A stretch of DNA of 64,000 nucleotides, from contig ADNK01000140.1 in assembly GCA_000320545.1 (NCBI GenBank), positions 124,001-188,000 on the forward strand, in the 5' to 3' direction. The position numbers and the translations under genes are program-made. Position 1 is the stretch's first letter; each line of letters opens with the position of its first letter. The notes under the pieces were generated by a model. The model was not told the DNA's origin, made no database searches, and worked only from the letters and a program-made list of their open reading frames with translations. Source of the stretch: Bigelowiella natans CCMP2755. Taxonomy: Eukaryota; Protista; Cercozoa. Shown piece by piece: positions 1 through 12,840 of the stretch.

Positions 1-612
1 AATGCCCTGGGATGAGCAAATGATTAAATGTAGTATCGCCGGAATGACGGCAGAATAATTTGTGAAATTATCTAATGAATAAGCTTTTCTTCGAAATGAT
101 GCGATGTGACTACATGTACGTACATGCTAGCATGCATGCACTGCACGTGCGAGTCATGCATATGTGCTGCTTTACGTACGATGCGTTCAATGTCGTACCT
201 CTGCATGTACTAGTGTAGACTACTACAAGGTAACTTGACACCTTGTCTATCACCTGGTGCGGCGAAACACTATGCGTGCTGTGGCCAGTCATGTACGTCT
301 ACTAGATCGACGTACTTGCACGATGCAACGATATGACGATCACTATTAACTATACATGATAACTACATGCACATGCATGCATGCCTATCATACCGCACAT
401 TATTATTCGCAAAGCTGCGGTATAGCAGCGACCGCGTTCTCACGCACTAGAAACATATAAACATGTGATGTCAAAGCTTATGTAAGTGATACAACTATCT
501 CATGAACGTATCGTACTCTATATAGTACTGCTCGCAGTGCATGCACAGTCTATCGCACATCTAGCTGGAGATGTACGTGCTCCATGTAGTGTGCGATGAA
601 ATACGTCATATA

Positions 613-619
613 TGTGTGT

Positions 620-657
<38 letters not shown>
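613..657. repeat. (TG)n microsatellite
   Basis: Visible directly. Confidence 0.9.
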
Positions 658-661
<4 letters not shown>

Positions 662-748
662 CTAGGCATGACACCACGACATCCCACGACTGCTGCATGA
701 AATTACACTTGTTTACCTCATTTCCGTCCTATATATGTGTTCTCCTGT

Positions 749-2278
749 TCAACGCTGTTTGTTATCCTTGGTGTGATTATTCATTTGGGACAGAACCTCG
801 TCAACTACCTGCACAATTCTTTTCGTGCTGTTAGAGTGTAGATCTTGCAATTGGATCTCAAGGTCATTCTTCTCAGAAGTTAGATTTTCGTTTTCCTTCA
901 GTAAAGATGTTAAGTGTTGCTGCATGAGTTTCCTTCCAGCTTTGAAAAGTCTGAACTGTTCTTTCAAATCGTTGTGTTTAGATTCTAAATCTTTGTGGCT
1001 TCGTTGATTTATTTCATTCTCTGTCAACACAGACTTTGCCCATGCCCCCACCCGTCTAATTTCCTTCTTCGATTGTAAGAGCTCCTTTTCAAGACTCTTT
1101 TTATGCGTAGAAATCCTTTCTAATTTCAATCTTTTAGTGTTATCTAAGCGTTCTAATTGGCTCAATTTGGATGATACAAAGGCAAGTTGCCTCGTCATGT
1201 CTTTGCGAAATACTAATACATTGGACTTCATTCTCACCGCGACCCGTCTCATACCCTCAAGGCCCTTCTGTACCCTCTCTAGTCCTTTTGCAAGCCTATG
1301 AATATCGTCCGCATGCTTTCTACAACATCGTGACCAATCCGCGCTTCTTTCGTGCGCCTCTTGCCGGAGCCTCCGTGTCAGACTATAAATCTCTTCGTGT
1401 GTTTTGAACAGCTTCGTCGTACTATCCTTCCTTGTGTCAAGTGAGCGCCGCAGATGTTCGCACTCAGCTTTAATCTGCTTCTTTTCCCATTCAAGATTGA
1501 CTATCTTTGCATTCGCTTCTAAAATATCCAGATGGAGCACCGCACCCTCGATACTATCGTGTCCCATATAAGGAATTACGTTTCCAGTCTGCGATGAATT
1601 GACTTGAAGGGATTCTTTAATGGAGCGTTTATCGAAACCTGAGTTTCTATTTGGAATCATATCACGTAATGCTCTAGCAGCATTCATTGCTGTCTCTGCC
1701 TTTTTTTTTTCATGATTAGCGCGCTCTCGGGCACTAGCAAGTTCCAAGCGTAGCCGTCTGATTTCTTCCTCGTACTGTTTTTCCTTCGCCCCATTGTTTC
1801 CTGCCTCGAGGATTTGAGCAGCTGGAGCAGATAGTTTTTGGTCGCTCTTATTAAAATCATCCTTGTCGTCCATAGGCTTAGATTCGTTAGAGATATTCGA
1901 TGAAGTTGGCGGGACTCCAAGGTTCTCATGTCTCGTCTCGATTCTGGACTCGACCTCTTCCAAGTTATACGATAAGCTATTGAGATCTTCTGTTTCCATC
2001 CTAGGAAAGGATTTATCTTGAATGAGTGGAGATGTTGACAGAGGAACTCTCCGCTTCCTTCTGGAGTTCGTGTCGTCTTCATCATCGATTTCTGAGAGGA
2101 ACTTAATAACGCAGCATCTCAGGATGATGTGTTGGATACGACGTGTTTGACACCAACCTATCACTGTTATACCTTTACTGCCTTTAGTCTCCATTGTGTC
2201 CAAGCGCCACCAAGGGGCGATTTGGTAGCTCCATCTATCCTGGGGGAGGCAGACAGCAGGGGCGGATCCGCCATGCAC
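749..2278 (-). CDS. Uncharacterised long coiled-coil protein (start uncertain; ATG 2194 plus a short in-frame intron is plausible)
   Basis: 509 aa ORF. The C-terminal ~350 aa are E/K/L/R-rich heptad-like sequence (e.g. EEEIRRLRLELASARERA). A GT donor follows METKGSK and a ctcag acceptor lies near 2090. Confidence 0.7.
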   Translation of the reverse strand: MHGGSAPAVCLPQDRWSYQIAPWWRLDTMETKGSKGITVIGWCQTRRIQHIILRCCVIKFLSEIDDEDDTNSRRKRRVPLSTSPLIQDKSFPRMETEDLNSLSYNLEEVESRIETRHENLGVPPTSSNISNESKPMDDKDDFNKSDQKLSAPAAQILEAGNNGAKEKQYEEEIRRLRLELASARERANHEKKKAETAMNAARALRDMIPNRNSGFDKRSIKESLQVNSSQTGNVIPYMGHDSIEGAVLHLDILEANAKIVNLEWEKKQIKAECEHLRRSLDTRKDSTTKLFKTHEEIYSLTRRLRQEAHERSADWSRCCRKHADDIHRLAKGLERVQKGLEGMRRVAVRMKSNVLVFRKDMTRQLAFVSSKLSQLERLDNTKRLKLERISTHKKSLEKELLQSKKEIRRVGAWAKSVLTENEINQRSHKDLESKHNDLKEQFRLFKAGRKLMQQHLTSLLKENENLTSEKNDLEIQLQDLHSNSTKRIVQVVDEVLSQMNNHTKDNKQR

Positions 2279-2560
2279 GAGTGTTTGTTGCTGTAACGAG
2301 GAGGCTTATTCCGAATGCTGTTGTCTGAGAAGAAGATGGCCGAACAGTGAGAATAATGAACAGAATCTACTTGTCGCATGTAATATTTCTCCGGACAAAT
2401 TGGGAATGATAGAATATTTGAACAACGTGGTCGTAGAATGAGAATGGCATGTGTTTTTGATAGTATTTCCTCAAGCACACACCTATCGGCAATCGTGGAT
2501 CGATCTACGAGCAGCTTTTTAGAGTCCCGACCCCTTCCCGCATCAACACAACAACTCACT

Positions 2561-3513
2561 ATGGCGTCGTCTAACGGCATGCCTCCTCTTCCTCCGTCCC
2601 TTCTTCAAGCTGCAAAATCCCATAACTTTCCTCCAGACAAGGCTTTGACATGCGAATTCGCAACTCTTCTGGACAGCAAGGACCCCCTCAAGTCTTTTCG
2701 CTCGGAATTCTACATCCCGAAAGATGCGAAGGTCGGATTTAATTCAAGATTATGCTGATCTTGGTGTGAACCTTCACCCAAATTTACTGTTATTCTCCCT
2801 CTTCCCTGATTCTGTCGTATCTGTCCAGCGCGAAGGCGTAGATCCTGAGTTCGGAGAAGCTCCTGGATATTCCATTTATTTCTGTAAAAACGCTAATCAC
2901 ACACCCCACTCACTAGGGGAGCGGCATTGGTGTGACACAATTATGGTGGTTGAGTAACCAGTGACCTTTACTTTCAGGTGGAAATTCTTTGGGTTTGCTT
3001 AGTAAGCGTGCGGAGAGCTACGTTCAGGAAGAGTGCCAGAAGTGGAAGGTGGTCTCAAAACGACGACGAGCAGCAGCAAATCTTTGAAGATTAAGTTTCA
3101 TCCTCAACTCTACATTCTTGTCGTAGAAACTGGGGGTGGAAGGTCATTTTAACGGCAAGCGTCCCTGGGCGACTATCGATGAGGTTGATAGAAGCACTTT
3201 GTATACGTTGTCATTCGAAATGTAATCATATCACCCAACCCCTGCTGATTATTAGGAAGTGACAGAAAAGCTTGTGGATATTGTTGGTAAGAAATCCTAG
3301 GAAAATAATCGAATTCAAGAATCTGTTTCGTGTAGTGCAATTCATCGATGATTCATTTGTTGTGGAACAACATAAATAAAACCGACGAGCAGGTGCTACA
3401 GACTCTTCTGAAGTAGCTGTCATGAACTCGTTGAGGTTATAATACTACTCTGGTGCTTGTTATAGTCCTAGTAGCAGGGGTAGTAAGTGCGTTTATGTAG
3501 CGAACCATAGGCC

Positions 3514-3549
<36 letters not shown>

Positions 3550-5052
3550 AAGTTGTTTATTAGAATGATGATACACCGTTGTAAGCAGCCTTGGGGGCTA
3601 TTCATTGTGTTATGTTTCTTTTTTACCTAAGTTTCGCACCTATTAACCAAACAGCTGCAACCTTCACATGCTCCTCACAAGCTTCTACCAGCCAAGTAAA
3701 GAACGCTTCAAGATAATTATGGAAGATGCTGGTCGCTGATAGTTTCTTCTTCACTGCATCTTTTTCCCCATTCCTAATCTTCACTCTTTCCGTTGTTTGC
3801 CTGTCCATTGTCTAGCTTTCTGTTCAGATCACCACGTCATTCAATCCCAAGTGGAACTGCGTGGCCTTGACAAGAAATCAACGATCATCACGGTTAAACC
3901 CCGAGAGGGCAGTCACACGCTTTTAACAAAGGTGCCATCATCGCCTCACTGCCGTAATTTGCCTCTGCTCCTATTAAATCCACGATTCACTGACAAAATA
4001 TGACGTTGCTGATCGTCGTTCAGGACATTCTTGACTGCATAGAGGAGCACAGTGAGGAAGTTGCTTTGGTGTTCTTGGGAGGTATGGTTACGGATGATTC
4101 GTAGACAGAAAAGAAGACACTTAGCAGCCAGAGGGAGGAGGGAGAGAGATGATAACCAAGTACAAAAAACAATAAGAAGGGAAGAGGAAATAACATCACT
4201 ATGCTTCCTTGCGTCATAGCTGTCGCTGTCACTGAGTATTGATGATCCGTTCACCCTCTCGAATAAGTAGTAACACAATAATACCTATTTATTGGAAACC
4301 CTTTTTTCCCATCATTAATTACTTCAGGGGTTCAGTACTACACCGGACAATTCTACGATCTCGCAAAGATAGCAAAAAAGGTGCTGGTGGTAGTGGTGGT
4401 GGTGGTGCAAACGATGACCTAGTAAAAGTAGTAGTAATAGTGGTCGCAATAGGGACATCATATCACGCTGGCGACTTGACACTTACTTCGGAATTGAAAT
4501 GCCAATGTAGGAAATAGCTGCTTCCCCGCTTTCCTCGCCCTCTTCTTCAAATCCTCATCGTCGTTATTTGCGCTCATAATGTCATTCTCTCTGCATGCAT
4601 ATAGGCGCATCATCACGGAGCTCTGATGGGTATCGATTATGTGTTTTCGTGGTAGTCGTAGTTGCAGTTCTAATGGTAGCTTTTGCGAAAAGACTGCCTT
4701 TCTTCGCATTCTATTCAAGTAACATGAGCGTGATTGTGGAGAACCTAATGCTTATTATCGGTATCATGACTGCTGCTTTTATGACTATTGTTCTATTGAC
4801 CGGTATGCTTTTAAAAAAAAAACCCTTTGGTTGTTCACAGGTGTGGATCTCGCACATGCCGCAGGAAATGTACCTCTCAGTCTTCACGACTGGGAAATCG
4901 ATTTCGCAGCTTGGTGCACATACAAGTAGTATTCATTCATGAACAACCAATCATTCAGTGTGGTTAATATCCTGCTCCTTGTCACAATCTTCAAATATCA
5001 CAATTCTTGTAGTTTTCGTGCTGTCTACCTCCCATCTCTCTCACCCCCCCTC

Positions 5053-5103
<51 letters not shown>

Positions 5104-5604
5104 ATGTGTGTGTGTGTGGTGCTTGTGTGTATCTCTTCCTCCGTGATGGAGCATAGAATTTTACTTCTCATTAGCACATTAACTGACTGTTGTTGTCAGG
5201 TATCTAAATGCAGGACCTGGCTCAATCGGCGGTATTTTCGTGCACAAGTAAGTAATCGTAGTGATAGTACCAGTTGTTTTAGCTGTAACAGTCGCAATAG
5301 TTATAGATAGAAAAAGGTAGGAGGAAGAAGAGCTCGAGTAAATAGAGATGGATATTCTATCGTTGCCTCGAGCAGCTATTGAGATGTTGATGCTGATGAT
5401 GATGACGATTATGATGACACTGATACTGACCAGGAGATTTCACGGGAACAAGAATAATAATCTCAAAATTATGGCTGGTTGGTGGGGACAGAAACCCAAA
5501 ACGCGCTTTCAAATGAAACACGAGTGGGAGGTGAGGGATCTAGGAGGAGGAAGGATGCATTGTTAGTATGTATTTTGACATATATATAAATATTTTCACA
5601 TATA

Positions 5605-5650
<46 letters not shown>

Positions 5651-7084
5651 GTATATTTATGTGTGTGTACGTGTGTGTGAAGTAAAGACACAATGTATAA
5701 TATTAGCGACTACTTCGGCTACATAAATAATTAGGGAATAGAAGGTGCTCAGGCTTGGCAAGTATCTAACCCAGCGGTACTCCCTACAGTCTGCCTCCAA
5801 GCCTCCCTCGATATATTCAAGTAGTAGTCGTAGTAGTGCCACTATACTAGTACGAGTCATTGACTGCTGCTAGTGGTGCTGGTCTCGCATCAACAAAATG
5901 GTTTGTTTTTTCAGTATGTTATATGATGATGAGGATGATGATGATGACGATGATAATAATAATAATAATTATGCTTTTATAATGACGACAACTTTTCAGG
6001 GATGCTGGTGGTATGAAAGCAGTTAGGAAAAAGTCTCTTCTTCTCACTGGGCTGTTGGAGTACCTAATTGAATGTAAGATCGAGAAAAAGCTGGTGCGTT
6101 GTAGAAGAAGGGAGAATTGTGGACCGATTCAGGGGTGGAATGACTGAGAAATGCGTAGATTTCCTTTTCACAATGAAAGGGATGGGGAGGGAAATGAGGA
6201 GGGACTACAACAATCCCAGATGCCTCTGACACTAGTGTTACTACTACTACTACTACTACTACTACTGTTTCTGCTTTCTCTGCTGGACAAGCACGAGCAT
6301 GAGAACTGCTTATCTGAACATTATGTTCCTTCTTCTTTTAGTTGACATAATCAACCTTATTCTTCCGCTCCTTCCCTCGTTACAATGATGTACCTCCTAA
6401 GGCTCATATCATAACTCCAAGAGATCCAGAGAGACGCGGTTGCCAGTTGTCATTGCTTACGACGATGCCTGTGAAACCCGTCCATGAAAAGTAGTAGTAG
6501 TAAGACTATGTATTAGTGATGAATGATTAGTTGATGATGATGATGATGATGATGATGCTGAGAATAGTGTTAAAATTGGAAAATGAGCGGTAATTTTTCG
6601 AACCATAAAGAACAAGTAGTAGTAGAATCAAAAAGAAGAAACAACCGCTAAAAGATAGATCTGATATTAAAAAATGATGATTTATGGTGGCAAATAGTAC
6701 ATGCATGCATGCATGCATGTATGTATGTATGTATGTAGAACAGCACCTTTAGTTGTTGGTTGATTATTTTATAGATGTTAGATATACATGGTTTTTCTCA
6801 TATCCTCCTCATCCTCTCCTCAATCTTCATGTTGATGTTGCCTATGTCATGCATGTTTACAGACTCGAAGCAAAAGGGGTCATTGTAGACGTACGAGAAC
6901 CAAACGTAATACGCTTGGCACCCTGTCCCCTCTACAACACTTTCTCTGAGGTTTTCAGGTCACGACATCAGAGACTCGCTTGGATATAATTTATTATCTT
7001 CTAACATGAGTAACATATGTATGTAAATAAAAACATATATATGTAAATACACATGTATATATTAATAAATTTATGTATATTTAT

Positions 7085-7140
<56 letters not shown>

Positions 7141-7371
7141 TTATCTACATGTGTGTGTACATACTTCATCAAAATTTGCTCATCATTACTCAAACATCTA
7201 TTCAAAAGGTTATCATAGTACATAAAAATCTCATTACATGTGTTGAAGTGTGCGTAAATCACAAATGAATAAATGAATATTTTTGAGTCACATGAGACAA
7301 ATATTCTTCATTCATTTATCAGATTCGTAGAAATGCTGCAGAGAGCTCTTGTATCTACGTCAAAGCTCTGA
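2561..7371 (+). CDS. KYNU: Kynureninase (PLP-dependent), multi-exon
   Basis: Spliced exons give [74 protein letters not shown] (PLP lysine motif), [43 protein letters not shown]. Stop TGA at 7369-7371. Confidence 0.95.
5580..5680. repeat. Intronic (TA)n/(TG)n microsatellite
   Basis: Visible directly. Similar tracts lie at 7085-7140, 43925-43976 and 57265-57342. Confidence 0.9.
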
Positions 7372-8887
7372 GAGCAAATGGTTTAGTTGTGTGTCAGCAT
7401 GGTGTACATGATAGTTTCTGCTTCTGAACCACCACTGTGTGTTCGAATGTACCTGCTTGTGTTTGTTTCTGATGCTCAGTGTAAGCAAGTGTGTGAGCAT
7501 GCTAGCATGACATGTGTGAGCATGGCATGTGTGGATCATGCAATGTGCATGCTGCTGCAACGTGACATCCAGCAGCAGCACCCATGATCTAGATGATACC
7601 TGACACAAAATTGTTCTCGCCGCACGCTAGCATCTGCTGCACACAAAAATCCACCCAATATGCTCCTCGTGGCGCATCACGTCCAACAACGCACTGGACC
7701 ACAATTGTGTGTCACTGCAGCGCGGACTGCAGACACAGTTGTGCATGCGCACATGCACCTCTAGACCTGCGCTAGCCTGTACGTGCGCACATTGGCTCAT
7801 GCGCTAGCGTGCAGCCTTCCGTGGGCCTTTCATCTTCTTGTTCATTTTGCTCTAGCTAGTAGTGCAATGCTGGCTTGCTGCACATCTCAAGCTTTCGTGG
7901 TGATCTCACTGATGAGTGAGGAGGAAGTCTAGAAGTGGTGAGTTGGCACTTCTGACGATCCTCCGCCAGCTGCACCGCCGTTCTAGCGTTGGAACTTCTA
8001 GACTTCTTGTTCATGCATGTGTTCACTCATGCATGCCAGCATCGCCAACGCTAGAACGTGCACTTCTAGACTTGTGACAGATGGACAAGATTGCACCACA
8101 ATCGATCGACCCTGCGCAGAGCTCTGCTGGCGGATCAGGCACGTGCTGTGCTGTGCCTTCTCCACGCGTTTGCATCAGGTACGTTGTGCTCGCGGTGATG
8201 CGCTATGCACGCCTGCTAGCTGCTAGCAGGGAGCTAGACAGCGGCGCACACGTTCAAGCAAGGACAGAAGGCTAGAAGGCTGTTGACACCAACTCCATTG
8301 TTGCACGTTCCTGATGAGCAGGCAGCTCTTTGTCACAGTGATTTCATCCAACGCTAGAACGCAGAACGCGTGCTGATGAATGAGTGGCCCATGCATGCTA
8401 GCATGCTTGCCATCACTAGCTAGATCATGCTAGCATGCTATGGACAACGCACATGACACCACTGTGTCCATTCTTGCTAGTCTAGTAGTCATTGTGGACG
8501 CAATGTTCTTTGCACGATCAACAATGGACTTGTTTCATCGCTCTTGACAACAAGCTCAATGATCCAAGTCTTTGAAAAAGCTATAAAGATGGACACAATA
8601 CACACCGCACATGCAATGCATTCTAGCATAGAACATGATTTGTCTGTTCCTCTGAAACTGTGCTGAAAGTTAAACTTCTGTCTTGTCTTCAACATCGTGT
8701 TCGAGAGAGCGAAGGCCCACATGCACAAACTCTGGCCCAATTGATGTAATGAATGCATACTCGTATCATCTTGGAAACTTTCAGGGTGGAGAACAGTATG
8801 TAACAATCAGAGAAATACGGTATCTGTCTGTGTGGCTAAATTAGAGTGACCTCATAAGTTTCGCCTAAGCATCTCGACTATTCACAA

Positions 8888-11800
8888 CTATGAAAGAGTT
8901 AATTTCGAAGCTATTTTTTGAATGTCCGCCGGCTTGGCTCCTATGCATCCCGCCACAAACTTCTTAGCCTTGATTGCTAGCAAGAAGAATGAGCTTTTCT
9001 TGGAAGCAAATTTCTGATACAGAATTGCTAGAGCAAGTAATGTCGCAGCGGCACTTCCCTCATTGCCTGATTTTGAGGTAATTGCAGTAAAACCAGCATC
9101 TTTCCAAGCTCCAGTCACGACTGACTTAATTTTGGTCTCATCGGTGACATTCTGAAGTCCAAGCGTTGATGCTATTTGGAGCAGGACATTGCTCAGCTCC
9201 CAAGATCCATCTGACTTTTGAAGCTTAACAAGCTCACTAAACGCTTGTTCCGCCCCCTGAATTGTCACCACTTGCTTACCTCGCTTGCCTCTGCTCATCT
9301 TTTTTTCTTCCTTTTGCAGGCTCCGGAAACCTCCCAAACCTCCGATTAGCTCATCTTCAGCAGCATTATCATCGTCATCATAATCTTCTTCGCATTCCAT
9401 ATTCTTATCAAGCTTGACCTTCTCTAACATATTTTTAGGTTGCTGCTGTTGTTGCGATTGAGCAGGCATAGCACTAAACAAATCTAGTGATTCTCCTGCT
9501 GAAGGAGCGGGGGGTGGGGGAGCTGCTGAACCAGCAAATCCAAAGCTAGAAATATTACTTGAAGGCTGTGACCAAGATGAGTTCATAGCACCGATAGGAG
9601 CTCTTCCTCTTCCTCGAGCTCTTCCTCTTCCTCCTCCTCCAGGAGCTCTTCCTCTTCCTCGAGCTCTTCCTCTTCCTCCTCCTCCAGGAGCTCCTGGAGG
9701 AGCTGGAGGAGCTCCTCCGCTTCCTCCTCTTGATAAACGAGAACGACGGCCTCCTCCGTATCCTTGCATCCCATTCGTTGCTGAGTTACGAAAAGCTGAA
9801 CGAGGAGCTGCAGCCATTCTAGACCGCTCTTTATATAAGCACTTCCTGGGAGATTTACTCTTCTTCTTCCTACTCATCCTCATTAGACCTCTTGCTGGAC
9901 TCCTACTAGGACTTACACTTGTGCTTCTTGTGATCGCATCCTGACCATGTGCAATCGGTATCACATGCTTTTGTGACTTGGGTGCTTTTTGTCTCTCCTC
10001 CTGATTATCGTCGTCTTCCTTCTCCATGACAGCGACGAATGAGGTCTCTGATGACGCCAGGTTGTACTGAAGAGCGAGACGGCGAATCTCGTCTTTGTCC
10101 CGTTTAGTAGTGTTTGGCATGTTTTCGAGTTCGCGTATTCGAGACCGAGCTGCGAGTACATGCAATAACGTGCCCTTTCTTGGCTTAATGCTTTTGTCGA
10201 TCTGCACCTCAATCGTCTCATCATCTTGGTTTGCTGTGGACTTGAGGAACACGGTTGCTCCATCCCACTTTCCTTCCGTTGCTGCTACATGCGTAGCATA
10301 GACGAATTGACGCCCTGGATACACAGGTGGCGTGATCTCTGGGACCTGCTTGAAGCCCTTACTTTTGAGAGCTATGTCACCCCAGTCTACCTTTGTGTTG
10401 CACAATGGCGGCTGGAGGGCAGCGCATATGCTGCGCATGACCTGCTCGCTAATCTTCTCGGTTTCTCTCACCATTTCACACGTCCCGCGAGACTTGCGTG
10501 CGATGCCTTTGCACAAAGCTACAGACGCACCACTCCCAATTCCGAATGTGAAGATTCTTGTATCATGCGCATGCTCGGCAGCCATTCTGACGATAAGATC
10601 AGTGTTGCGGACCTCTCCATCGGTGAGGAGAAATACCTAATGTATGTTTAAAGCGATGGATGCAGCAGCAGCAGCAGGTAATCAGCTGAAAGAAGAGAGA
10701 GACATGGAGATTCTTTATCTCTGTCACCGTCTTTCGTTCTCATTATCCAATTCAAATGACAACAACAACAACTACAGCTACAACTAACAAACCTGCCGTG
10801 GATATCCTGGCGTTTGTTTCTCTGCCAATATATCGCGTAAGGGGTTCATAATGTTAGTCCCCCCCCTCGCATACATTCGTGATACGAAAGCTTCGGCTTG
10901 CTGCATAGTTGAATCGTCGTACTTCTGCGAGCTTTGGAAAAGTTTCTGGTAGTTCTTGTTGAAGGATACCATGTTAAAGATGCAGTTGGTTGGGAGTGAG
11001 CTAAGGAACAGTTGGAGCGTTTGCTTCGTTTGTTCCATACGTGAACCTGACATAGATCCTGAGACATCTACAAGGAAAATTACCTCGCAGAACATATCGG
11101 TATCTGGCTCCACCTGATGATAAACATAACAACAGATGATTGCGGTAATATTTATTAAGTCTTGCTATAATATCCTCGCTATCATTCGTTTGATCGGTGT
11201 ATTCCTTAGTAGATGAATGTATTTATCATTACCATCTCCCGGTTAAAGCTAATTTGCACAACGCGGGATTCTGGTGACGCTTGTTCCGCCTCCTCCTCTT
11301 TACCATCATTCCCTTTTTTCTTTTCTTTTAAAGTTGGAATCACGAATGTCCCATCGTTTGTTGAGTCATAGTCTTCAACAGCTGCTCTGGTGCTGTATGG
11401 TTCTTCTTGCTCTATGAGGAGAACGAACTCCTTCGTCAGCTTCTCCTTCTTCTCCAGCTTAATTATCTTGCGCATTGCTCCATCGTAAGCAGTTTTTGTT
11501 GAATGGGATGGCGTAGATATAGACGTAATGTTGGATGGCATTTGAATGTCAGCAGTCAAACTGAGCTCATAAGGAAGATCTTCATCATCGAGTCGTTCAA
11601 TTTGCCCCTCTTTTGCAGTAGGCTTTGTTTTCTTTTTCCTTCTTTCATTGTCCTTCTTCTCCGATGCTTTGCTTTGCCTTAAGATGTACTCTAGCTGCTG
11701 AGCTTCTGTCATGCGAGAGAGCTGTGATGCAGATAAAGTTCCCTCTTCTTGCTTCTGAACTCCCCTTTTCTCGGGAGCCGTCCAAGGGGCATAGCCGTTG

Positions 11801-12840
11801 GAGACGACTATAAATGGAAGTGAAGGGCACAATCGAAAAAAGGGTTCGAAAATCAAGTTGATGTGAGTCTGTTCAACTTATTTCGCCGGTGTTTGTGCAC
11901 ACGAAAATCTACTACGACGCAACTGAGATACGAATCTATTGAACAGAGCTACTCCTCCTCCTATCTATCTTATGCTCTTATGACTTGACAATGATAGCAA
12001 AGCAAGAACCATCGAAGCACTTACCAGTTGGAAATACAAAGCGGGCAGCAGGTCCTTCGGAATCGAGCTCGGAGACATATATTATTTTGATATCACAGGT
12101 TTCCTGGAAGGTAATATGTGAAGTAAATGATTCTGATGGCTCGTCATGATTGAATCACTAGTATTATGAGTTGTGTTAAGTGCCTTCGAGAGCAGATTTC
12201 CGATCTCGCAAACAAATACGTTTTCCGATTTGTCTTCTTTCTCGAGAAGAGCTGCTACTTGCTTGTTATTAACCGCGGTGTTATAAGTTTGCTTGGCTTC
12301 TTCGCGGCCTTGTACTTTCCCCTATAACACATGTGTTTTGTTTCGGTATTATACCCTGCTAACCTTTATTTTATGATATGCACCACCTTGATCGATTTCT
12401 TGCCTATCTTAGCTTCGAAACCGCACACGGCAGCATCTTCTTCCAATGGGAAGATATACTTCACCTTTCAGATTCCATAATTAACATGATGAGTGGGCAT
12501 ACATTAGATGTTAATAAATCTCTAACCTCCAGAGGTTTGTCGCCGTAGTTTGTGAATTTCTGCTTGACTATTGTTCTCGTACTGAAGTGAACGATTTCAA
12601 CCTTTGCCTGCACGCCCACGAGTGCAATCTAACATAAACAATAGAAGAGTTGTGATAGGAGTATCTTTCAAACAAACGAAGAGTTAGCATCTTTAAAACA
12701 AACGAACACCTTCGGCCTTTCTTTTGTCGGAGCTGTGACAAAAAGTCCGCACTTCCTTCGTAAGTTCTGCAAAGTGGAAAGAGTTAAAGATAAAGATCTC
12801 GATGATCCCACTCATTCAGCAGTACCTCAAATATAGTCAT
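8888..12840 (-). CDS. VWA5A: VIT + von Willebrand factor A domain protein (VWA5A/BCSC-1-like), multi-exon
   Basis: N-terminal exons give a VIT domain (QKFTNYGDKPLEVKYIFPLEEDAAVCGFEAKIG; GNLLSKETCDIKIIYVSEL). VWA MIDAS motif FLVDVSGSMSG, LLTDGEV and RIFTFGIG. Downstream LHVLAARSRIRELE, YNLASSETSFVAV and C-terminal LVKLQKSDGSW are typical of the family. Confidence 0.9.
9597..9692 (-). repeat. Tandem ~45 nt coding repeat encoding (APGGGGRGRARGRGR)x2, an RGG/RG-rich low-complexity segment
   Basis: Two near-perfect copies of ggagctcttcctcttcctcgagctcttcctcttcctcctcctcca on the + strand. Confidence 0.85.

Noticed and set aside
7920-8365. CRISPR-like or telomere-like array
   Set aside because: Repeats are short, mixed in orientation and irregularly spaced. 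No cas genes or telomeric hexamer arrays were seen.
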